In this document: piece by piece, positions 53,661 through 64,000 of the stretch
How positions within the stretch are numbered: the first letter of the stretch is position 1
Layout: each line of letters starts with the position of its first letter
Assembly: GCA_951406725.2 (NCBI GenBank)
Contig: OX597835.1
Span: forward strand, 62,001 to 126,000
Length of the DNA: 64,000 bases
Source of the DNA: Octopus vulgaris
Taxonomy: Eukaryota
Reading direction: 5' to 3'
Program-made: the position numbers and the translations under genes
Notes under the pieces: generated by a model
Seen by the model: the letters and a program-made list of their open reading frames with translations, nothing else
Databases searched by the model: none
Told to the model about the DNA's origin: nothing

Positions 53661-56209
53661 CTACTTACCACACAGCCACTCCTGGTTCTATGTTACATAC
53701 TTCTTGTTTTAAAGTGATCCTAATTAAAATCTTCCTTCAAAAGTTCATCATCATCATTGTTTAACGTCCTCTTTCCATGCTAGCATGGGTTGGATGAATG
53801 ACTGAGGGCTGGCAAACCAGATGGCAGCACCAGGCTCCAGTCTTGATCTGGCAGAGTTTCTAAAGCAGGATGCCCTTCCTAATGCCAACCGCTCTGAGAG
53901 TGTAGTGGGTGCTTTTACGTGCCACCAACACAGGGGCCAGTCAGGCGGTACTGGCAGTGACCTTGCTTGAATCTTTTTACACATGCCACCAGCACAGGTG
54001 ACGTTGGTAACGATCACGCTCAAATGGTGTCTTTTACGTGCCACTGGCACGGAGGCCAGGTAGCCACTCCGGCAACGATCACGCTCAGATGGTGCTCTTT
54101 AAGGCAACGCTGGTAACGATCATGCTCGAATGGAGCCTTTTAAGTGCCACTGGCATGGAAGCCGGTTATTCCAAACAGCAAATGACAAAGTTATTTTACT
54201 AAATTCTTCGTTATTTTCAAAATTAATTGAAACAAAGGCAGTGTATTTCATCAAAAATATGGTAACATAGGCCCTGGAGTGGCTGTGTGGTAAGTAGCTT
54301 GCTTACCAACCACATGGTTCCGAGTTCAGTCCCACTGCATGGCACCTTGGGCAAGTGTCTTCTACTATAGCCTCAGGCCAACCAAAGCCTTGTGAGTGGA
54401 TTTGGTAGACAGAAACTGAAAGAAACCTGTTGTATATATATATATATATATGTGTGTGTTTGTTCCCCCAACATCGCTTGACAACCGGTGCTGGTGTGTT
54501 TATGTCCTTGTAACTTAGTGGTTCAGCAAAAGAGATCGATAGAATAAGTACTAGGCTTACAAAGAGTAAGTCCTGGGTCAATTTGCTCGACTAAAGGTGA
54601 ATAACAAAAGGGTTAAATGGCACTATATGAACTTTAATTAATTCTGACTGAAAACATTTTTTTCTTATTCATCTTGTTCCAGGTAAAATATGAACTAAGT
54701 TTCTGGGGAACAAGTTTATCTTTTTAACCAGTAGAAAAATAAAAACAACAAAAATAAACAAACACAAAAGCCAACATTCAGGACTTTAAATATTTGGTCA
54801 AATTTATTGCTTACGAAAGAAAGAAAAATTATGAAAATTTCAATCAGGTATTTTAATCTAAAATAATTAGCAAAGAAAATGTGAAAGTTTTTTTTCTTTT
54901 AAAAAGAGTACAAAAATAATAAGTAGACCACGCATTCTTTTCTTTTCAAAAACTAGAAAACCATTGACAACATTCAACAAATAAAACCATTTATAAAGAG
55001 CTTAGTTAATCCTCCCATGCCCTCCCCAGTTAGGAAAATTTCAATCTTATTTTTGTTAAAAATATAAGGAAAAAAACAAAGAAAACAAAAATAACATTTT
55101 TAAAGCTTCAATTTTATTTGTTTTAATTTAAAAAAAAACAACAAAAGACAAATATTAGATCTAATTTTAAACTATTATTTGAATCTGTTCTCTTTTTCTT
55201 TCTTTTCATATTTAGTTTATCTAAAAAGTACATTTTTATGCTTACATTTTAAAACAGACTTGAGCTCAAAAGATTCAAGGAGCAGAGCAAAATATAAGGC
55301 TGGACTAGTTTATTTTAGTAAAGTCGACATGCTTAACCCTTTGAACTTGCAAGTACACTGTCTCTGACCCTGGTAGGAAACGCAGGCAGCCACATAGTTG
55401 TGGGTTTATGACTGAAAAATAACGTTTCTGCTAATTAGCAAGCCATAAACACCAAATCATGTGACCACCGGCTTTTTCTTCTAAGGGTATGGTCAAATGA
55501 AATCATCTACATAACATCCTCTTCTCCATGCTTACATGGGTCAGATGGAATTCATTGAAGCAGATTTTATATGACCACATGACTTTCCTGTTACCAATCC
55601 TCACCTGTCTCTAATAATTCCTCATTGCCAGACACATTTCTCACAGAAGACAAGAAATGAACAACATTGCTTGTATGACAGTGATGCCAGTCCACAACAT
55701 CATGTGATGACTAGACAAGGGTACAAACACGCACACACACACACATATATATTTATACAAAGGCCTTCTTTCAGTTTCCGTCTGCCAAATCCACTTGCAA
55801 GGCATTGGTTGGCTTGAGGATACAGAAGCCCAAGGTGCCATGTAGTGGGACTGAACTTCAGACCACATGATTGGAAAGTAAGCTTCTTAGCTGCATAGCC
55901 ATGCCTGCACCTTGCAGGTTCAAACAGTTAGCTTACAATGAACAAGAAATGGCTGATTAATAACTGCAGCAACCAAGTGTTTTGAGCACAGCAACGCTGA
56001 CAAATTGTCTTGAACACAAAATGATATTCCATTTATTGGATGAAAATTTTCTTCTCAGAAAATCAATTTTGTTTTTTTTTTGTTTTTTTTTGCATTTCCC
56101 ATAATCCCAAAAGAAGAAACAAAGTTAGTACAGTGAAAAATTTTTTACAAATCATTATATATAGAATGGCACACAATAAAGTATCCCAGGTTCTGTAGTA
56201 CAGTGTAAA

Positions 56210-56603
56210 TCTCTCTATATATAAAGCTGAAGTTGTCTGTGTATGGCAGGTGCTGGTAGCTTTCAACTAACACTATCTCCTCCGAGACCCTGTGGCGCAA
56301 GTTGACCAAAATTCAGAGTATGATAGAAGAAGGCTTACTCTTCCTTCCATAGAAGAAAAAATTCAAATCGGACCATGTTAACACCAAAAATTATTTACAT
56401 CAAAAAGGTGCTTTTTTTTCTATGAAAATCCCTATTTTTTACGATTTTTTTACTGCTGTGTCGCTATTTTTCAGTGTATTTCAACCAGAAAAATGTTCAC
56501 TTAAAGAGAATATCAAGCTACATAATGCAAAATTTTTACTTTTCAAAAATTCCAATTCTAAAGGGTCGAAACAAACCCAAGCAACGCCGGGCGATACTGC
56601 TAG
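56210..56603 (+). mobile_element. Non-autonomous Helitron
   Basis: A|TCTCTCTATATATAAAG start; CCCAAGCAACGCCGGG hairpin; CTAG|T end. Confidence 0.8.
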
Positions 56604-56789
56604 TACAGAAATAAACTTACATAAAAAAGCACTGAGCTTCTCGTTTGCAAGTGTCATTTTGACTGCTTGTAACTGCTGAACAAAGATGGCACACTACTTG
56701 ACTGTTTGTTACGTTATTCTCACTGTATTCTCACCACATTAATCGATAGTAAGATTGCAGTGAGTGAGTGAACATCTCTAGTCTTTTCT

Positions 56790-57195
56790 GCAAGATGATG
56801 TACTCAGCAGTGAAAAGAGTGGAGATTGTGAAAGTGTATGTGAGAACAGGTTCTGTTAAGCAAAATGTGTGAAATTTTTGTAAAGGCTCACAGGAAAAAG
56901 GAACGATACAAATGTTGGTTAAGAAGTGGTGTGCTACAGGGTCAGTGCACAATGCCCCGAAACAAAGACACCCTACAGTTTGAATGCTGAAAGTTATTCA
57001 AGACTTAAAACAAAGGATTACTCAAAGTCCTTTAAGAAGTCAATATGTAAATTAGTGCAACAGCCTCATATGAGCAGGAGATCATATGCCAACAGGTGTA
57101 GGAAAGTCTAAAATTGAAGCCATATCGTTTCACAAGTGTACAGCAATTAAAAGTGGATGACAAGAGCAAACGAGTAAATTACTGGACCTGGCCTT
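56790..57195 (+). mobile_element. Tc1/mariner-superfamily transposase N-terminal relic (DUF4817-like)
   Basis: MYSAVKRVEIVKVY..TGS, TIQMLVKKW.ATGSV, LKPYRFTSVQQLK.DD..KRV. Confidence 0.6.
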
Positions 57196-57647
57196 CAATA
57201 ATAGTTACAATCAGTAGGAGCAACACAATGACACTTACAAAGGAAAGGCTGGGTGCTTTTCATGCATGTGATATTTTTTTTGTATTTACACTGTGTTAAA
57301 GAAACCAGGATACTTTTCCGTGTGCTAGCTTTGCTCTTTCTCATTCTCTTGAGAAGATGGCAGACGAATTTCAATTGTACACAAGTCCCTTTACAGAAGA
57401 GAGACACAAAATAACACCTTAATTAACTGCATGAATACCCAAACGTGCACATCCTCACACACACACACACGCAGAAACAGAAAATTCATAGCTCACAACT
57501 TGGATGACAGTGGAACCTTAAGTTTTGTCTACTGGTATATTCAACCAGTTGAATAAGCTAGTTGCATAAATTGTTATACAACACTGGTTGAATAATAAAT
57601 TTTATTTTACTTCCAACAGTAAACCTTCAGTTGCCATTTCTTAAATT

Positions 57648-57698
<51 letters not shown>

Positions 57699-57819
57699 CT
57701 AGTCTCAGCTCAGAGCTGTGGCCATGCTGATGCACTGCTGTTTAAATATATATATACACACACAATAAACTATATATATATTTTATTTTTTATTTATATA
57801 CATATATACATGCAAATAA

Positions 57820-58120
57820 ATATGTAGTTTATTTAAATAATAAATATTTAAATATATATATATATATAGTTTATTTAAATAATAAATATTTAAATATATA
57901 TATAGTTTATTTAAATAATAAATATTTAAATATATATATATATAGTTTATTTAAATAATAAATATTTAAATATACATATATATAGTTTATTTAAATAATA
58001 AATATTTAAATATATATATTTCTTTAAATAACAAATATTTAAATATTTATATATATGTATAGTTTATTTAAATAACAAATATTTATATATATCTATAGTT
58101 CATTTAAAATATATATATGT
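57820..58120. repeat. AT-rich ~36-40-bp minisatellite (TATAGTTTATTTAAATAATAAATATTTAAATATA)
   Basis: About seven tandem copies visible. Confidence 0.85.
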
Positions 58121-58167
58121 GTGTGTATATATATAGATAGATATATATACTTTTTTTAAATAACAAA

Positions 58168-58247
<80 letters not shown>

Positions 58248-58272
58248 CATATATATACATATATATATATAC

Positions 58273-58325
<53 letters not shown>

Positions 58326-59194
58326 GAAATCCCCACCGCCAATCAGTAAACATTGTGTTGCTACCCCTTAAAAATAGGCTAAAACTTAGAATGTGTGTGT
58401 ATGTTTGGTTTTATATCAAGTTATATATAAAAACAGCTTGACATCATTTTGGAGGATTCTTACTGTTATTCCTTTACTTCTTTCAGTGGCCAGACTGTGG
58501 TCATGCTGGGGCACTGCCTTGAAGAATTTTAGTTGTGTTTATTTTCAAGCCTGGTACATATTCTATAGGTACTCTTTTGCCGAACTGCTGTGTTACAGGC
58601 ACACAAACACACCAACACCCATTACCAAGCAGGGATGGGGTGATGAACACAGACACACATACAGATATATATATATATATATTTATAGACATATCTATAT
58701 GTATATATATATAATTATAAACAAGGGCAAAAGAAAAAAGATTTCTATGCCAATATGCTGAGAATAGACTTTAAATCGTCAATCACCACATTTATAATAT
58801 ACATTCACTATGAATACACGTCGTGCAGAAATCGAGGAAGGCAAGCTCACAGAATTTTTTTTTAAAATTCGTTATCTCTATATTGAATCAATTTCGGGAT
58901 TAATCCCATGGATTTTTCTCTCTTCAGAAGAGAATACGATAAGAAATAAATGAAATACTTACAAGCGCCCATGGCAAAAAAGCACAAGTGAAAGTCATAA
59001 GTACACATAAGTACCCCAGTTATATCAAATTCCATCATACACCAGATGAGCCATTGACAATTTTGATGGAATTGCATTAGTCAGAAGAGAGGAACCATGA
59101 AAGGAGTGTGGAGAGTGTACAAAAATAAAGGGTGAAAAATCATGATGGTGTTCCAGCATAGCCACAGCCATCTGTTTGAAACACAAAAGAATTA

Positions 59195-59295
59195 ATATAC
59201 ATACATATATACACACATAGGCATATATATATACATATATATATATATACACATATGCATATATATATATACATACATATATATATATACACATA

Positions 59296-59336
<41 letters not shown>

Positions 59337-59394
59337 GCATATATATATATATATATATATACACATATGCATATATATATATATATATATACAC

Positions 59395-59426
<32 letters not shown>

Positions 59427-59545
59427 GCATATATATATATATATATATACACATATGCATATATATATATATATATATACACATATGCATATATATATAT
59501 ATATACACATATCACATATATATATATATATATATATACACATAT

Positions 59546-59622
<77 letters not shown>

Positions 59623-59869
59623 TATATATACACATATATATATATATACATACATATATATATACACACATATATATATATACATACATATATATATACA
59701 CATATGTATATATCCATACATATATACACACATATATACATACATACATATATATGTACATACATATTTATACATATATATATACATATACATATATACA
59801 TATACATACATATATATACATATACATACATATATATACATATACATACATATACATACATATATATAC

Positions 59870-59902
<33 letters not shown>

Positions 59903-59977
59903 CATATACATACATATATATACATATACATACATATACATATATATATATACATATACATACATACATATACATAC

Positions 59978-60025
<48 letters not shown>
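59195..60025. repeat. (TA)/(CATA)/(CACATATGCA) compound minisatellite downstream of the ACBD6-like stop
   Basis: Direct inspection. Confidence 0.9.
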
Positions 60026-60028
<3 letters not shown>

Positions 60029-60332
60029 CAAAAACTGTTACTCAGAGTTTTACATTCCTGTCCGTCACATTATCACAAGGCAGGATCTTTAACATTGCCC
60101 TTGTTTAAAAGTAAATGCTGCCTGTGTTCAATATCCAACAACAATTAACAACAAACAAAAGTGCCCCTGCATCTCTCTTGATTCAAGTTTCATGTTTACC
60201 TCTTCCTTGCTTCCTTTCTCCATTCCTACAAGTTTTCCTTTTCTTCCTTACACTCTCTCTCTCTCACACACACTGTCTCTTTCTCTCTCTTGCATTCTCG
60301 CTCTCTCGTGCACCCTCTTTCTCCCTCCAGAC

Positions 60333-60478
60333 TCAGCTCTTTTTTGAAGACAACAAAGTCAGGATGAGTTTGTTATCTGTTGCATCAGCTGGTGTTTCCC
60401 CTTCGTTACATTTCATGGATGGGTCAGCATGGTTCTCAAGGAGTTTCTGAACAATCGATTCATATTCACAAGAAGCAG
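60333..60478 (-). CDS. ACBD6: ACBD6-like (acyl-CoA-binding domain-containing 6) terminal coding exon
   Basis: Long pyrimidine tract then ttaaag|CT GCT TCT TGT GAA...AGC TGA = (A)ASCEYESIVQKLLENHADPSMKCNEGETPADATDNKLILTLLSSKKS*. Resembles the recalled vertebrate ACBD6 C-terminus (ALHYASACEFLDIVELLLQSGADP). Upstream exons lie beyond the window. Confidence 0.75.
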
Positions 60479-61078
60479 CTTTAACAAAGAACAAAAAAGA
60501 AATAGAAGAAGAAAGAAACCATTAATAATAATCAAACAAGCAATGATTTGATAAGCAGTAATGAGTTTTACAATTCTCTAAATAATTATGCTTTTTCTTT
60601 ATAAGCTTAAACTTATGAGATTACTGTCATCATTATCATTTAATGTCCGCTTTCCATGCTGGCATAGGTTGGACAGTTTGACTGAGGACTGGCGAGCCAG
60701 AAGGCTGCACCAGGCTCCAATGTGATCTGGCAAAGTTTCTACAGCGGATGCTCTTCCTAACGCCAACCACTCTGTGAGTGTAGTGGGTGCACTTTACGTG
60801 CCAGGCGAGGCTGGCAACGGCCATGATCGGGTGGTGCTTTTTACGTGCCAGCGACACGGAGGCCAGTCGGGGCGGCGCTAAAGATTAAAACTACAGTTAA
60901 TATTTATAGTAAACAAAGGGTGTGAGCTGGAACAATGGTTAGCATGCTGGGCAAAATGCTTAGTAGCAATCCGTCTGTCTTTATGTTCTGGGTTTAAATT
61001 CCACTGAAGTTGACTTTGCCTTTCATCCCTGTCAGAGTCAACAAAATAAGTACCAGTTGAGCACTGGGATTGATTTAA

Positions 61079-61296
61079 CCCCTTAGCATTTAAACCGGCC
61101 ATATCCGGCTTGTGTATTTTACCTGTTTTAAGTTCAGATTAGCCAGATCTGGCCTCTCACACCTACCCAACAATGTCATTCTAAACATAAAAACAATCAC
61201 ATCATTTGAAATCTTGAAGCTGAAGATATACATGAATTAATTCAAAACAATGTGGAAATAAGCACTACATTTAACAGTAATCTGAATGCTGAAGGG
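61079..61296. mobile_element. piggyBac-like MITE inserted in a family-B SINE
   Basis: TTAA|CCCCTTAGCATT ... AATGCTGAAGGG|TTAA. Confidence 0.75.
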
Positions 61297-62854
61297 TTAA
61301 TCAACTCACCCCTACCCTGACATTGCTGGCCTTGTGCCAAAATTTGAAACCAATATTAATTAGTATTCCTTTCTAATGTAGGCACAAAGCTTGAAATTTG
61401 GGTGGAGAAGGAGCAGTTGATTACATCAACCCCAGTGTTCAATTGGTCCTTATTTCGTCAACCCCAAAGAGATGAAAGGCAAAGTCAGCCTCAGGGGAAT
61501 TTGAATTGTACAGACAGATGAAATGCCATGAAGCATTTAGTCTGGTATGCTAGCAACTCTGCCAGCTCACCACCATAATGATGATGATGATGATGAAAGG
61601 TAAAACATGGAGGAATTTAGAATCAAAATGTAAAGAGATATAACAAAGCAGCAGGGCATTGTGTTAGAAATGGTGAAATTTGATCTCAGAAAGCTGGACC
61701 TCAAAAGAAGAAGAGTCACTGTCTGTGCTAGAAAAGTTTCTTCCAACTCATGAATACATGGAGAAAAACAGATATAAAAATTATGACAATGATGAATTTA
61801 AACAATGATTTGTAATTTCAACACAAGTCCATCAATTCATAGGGAAGGAGTTTTGTTGATATAATCAAATGTAATATATCAATGGTATTTATTTATTTAT
61901 CAGACCCCAGAGAGATGAAAAAGAAAATTTACCTTAACAAGATTTGAACTTAGACCATAAAGGAACAATGAAATATTACACAATCTTTACTACTGACCAC
62001 ACTTCCAACCTTGATTTGTTCACTACATTCATCTGTCATTCCCCTCTCACCTACCCTTCCTGATTCTCTGTCCATATTCTCTCTTAAACTCACTTTCTTG
62101 TATCTTGAGAGTATGCTCAAACACCTGATTGCCAACATCATTTTCTTCTTTCCAGTTACTCCCTCTCACTTTTATATTAATGCAGGGTGGCCATATATCT
62201 CCTCTACAGTAAGACACCTGTGCCTGTCCTATCCCTGTCATAGCTTCTCAATGCTTAACATGAAGCCACGTCCTTCAACCCATCATAGTTGAAAGACTTT
62301 TTTCTGTCTTGTGATTTACTTGACAACCTCATTAGTGCCATAATCACACACCCAAAAAATGAAAATGGTAAACACAGTAAAGTGGAAGGGCATCCAGCCC
62401 TAGAAACCATGTCAAAACAGACATTGGTGCTTGAAATCCTCCGGCTTTTTGGATCCTGTCAAACCATCCAATCCACATCTTTGGAGGATGGGCAGAAAAT
62501 GATGAGTATGATGATTTAAATTTAACCCTAATAATTCATTCATTGACCAATATACCCTAATATTTCATTTCATTCATTCAATTCATATTAATTAATATGA
62601 ACAACAGGAATATTTTATATTGGGACAAGGCCTTAAAAGTTTGAAAGGGAGTAAGTGTAACTAAATCATCAGCCCTCAAGTAATACGGGTATTTTATCAA
62701 CACAGGAGAAATAGATAAATCTGACACTGACAGGCTTTTACGCCACAATGTAAAGAAATATAACCAAATTCTCAATGCCATTTTGTCTGTCACTTGTAAA
62801 TTTGAACAATTACATAAAAATTCTGGAAAATGATGAACATGAAGCAACACATAC

Positions 62855-62885
62855 CATAATGCAGTGGTGTTTGGCCATCTGTTGC
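62855..62885 (-). CDS. ACBD6: ACBD6-like ankyrin-repeat protein, penultimate 31-nt microexon
   Basis: ctttcttgtcag|GCA ACA GAT GGC CAA ACA CCA CTG CAT TAT G|gtatgt = ATDGQTPLHY (ankyrin G-TPLH); phase 1 joins the exon starting at 60478. Confidence 0.8.
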
Positions 62886-64000
62886 CTGACAAGAAAGGAA
62901 TTAGAGAAAAGAAAACCAATTATATATTTATAGAATAATGAAATACTGAAATGTAAAGAAAAATCTAAGAATTTGATATTTTTGCAAACTGAATAAATCA
63001 AAAAAATACATTTACAGTATTGTATGAATAACCTCCCTTCTTTCTCATGATAGGTCTCTGGTTTCACTGAAAATGAAATCCCAAAAGTGATACGTTTATT
63101 TCTGAATATACTCTTTTACTTGTTTCAGTCATTTGACTGTGGCCATGCTGGAGCACCGCCTTTTAGTTGAGCAAATCGAACCCAGGGCTCATTCTTTGGA
63201 AGCCTATTACTTATTCTATCGGTCTTTTTTGCCAGACCACAAAGTTACAGGGACGTAAACACACCAGCATCGGTTGTCAAGCGATGTTGGGGAGACAGAC
63301 ACACAAACATGCATATATATATATATACATATGTACGATGGGCTTCTTTCAGTTTCCGTCTACCAAATCCACTCAAGGCTTTGGTCGGCCCGGTACCACA
63401 CAGCCACTCCAACCCTAAATAAGCTCCTAAAGTATTTATTTACAAAAAAATAATATAATTTATTGGTCACTTTCACCTTCTTTGAGGGCAGGGAAAACAT
63501 TTGATATGAAAAATAAAAATCTTCTTACAGGCACACATTTATATAGGTACAAACATGGCTGTGTGGTAAAGAAGTTTGCTTTACAACTATATGATTTTAG
63601 GTTCAATCTCAGTGCATGGCATATTAGGTAGCTTCAGACCAAGAAATGCCTCTGAGTAAAACTAGTAAGTGGAATCTGTACAAAACATGTTGTGTGCATA
63701 TCTGTGTGAATGTTTATTTTCTGTGATTGCATCTAAAAATCACTAAGCTATGGATGGTGTTATCTATCAGTAAGTCATCTGGTAGTTTTGCACTTTCAGA
63801 GGTGAACAGAATAAGAATTCTTTTATTTGAAAAATAGTTATGGGTTAATGGCAGGGAGGGCATCCAGCTGTAAAACAATGCCTTGATAATATGCATCATC
63901 TAACCCATGCAACCAAGGGAAAAAGAACAAATGAATGAATATATGTGTATGTATGTATACATATATTTGTTCTTTGCTTCCCTTTTTTTTTAACATCCCA

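Noticed and set aside
57820-58120. Regularly spaced repeats resembling a CRISPR array
   Set aside because: No unique spacers and eukaryotic context; plain AT-rich minisatellite.

Overview
Repeat-dense, AT-rich animal genomic DNA. The tRNA-derived SINE families, (TA)n seas and LINE/Penelope/Helitron mix suggest a coleoid cephalopod such as Octopus (inference). Two host genes were reconstructed by hand, both on the minus strand. (1) A complete inosine-uridine-preferring-family nucleoside hydrolase (DTDPGIDD motif; Cys-Asp group III-type active-site motif) with coding exons 39408-39412, 30545-30725, 28339-28513, 25445-25561 and 24040-24176, followed by TWO intact, phase-compatible duplicated terminal exons (22305-22631 and 18014-18337) that diverge mostly in the segment preceding the active-site CD motif. 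(2) The last two coding exons of an ACBD6-like ankyrin protein (31-nt microexon 62855-62885 and terminal exon 60333-60478). The rest is mobile DNA: CR1, RTE and RLE-type LINEs, Penelope-like elements with hammerhead-ribozyme motifs, Helitrons, mariner/Tc1/piggyBac/MULE-like MITEs, a Gypsy relic, three SINE families and local segmental duplications. Most ORFs in the supplied track are microsatellite artefacts. All coordinates and alignments were read by eye; no database searches were run.
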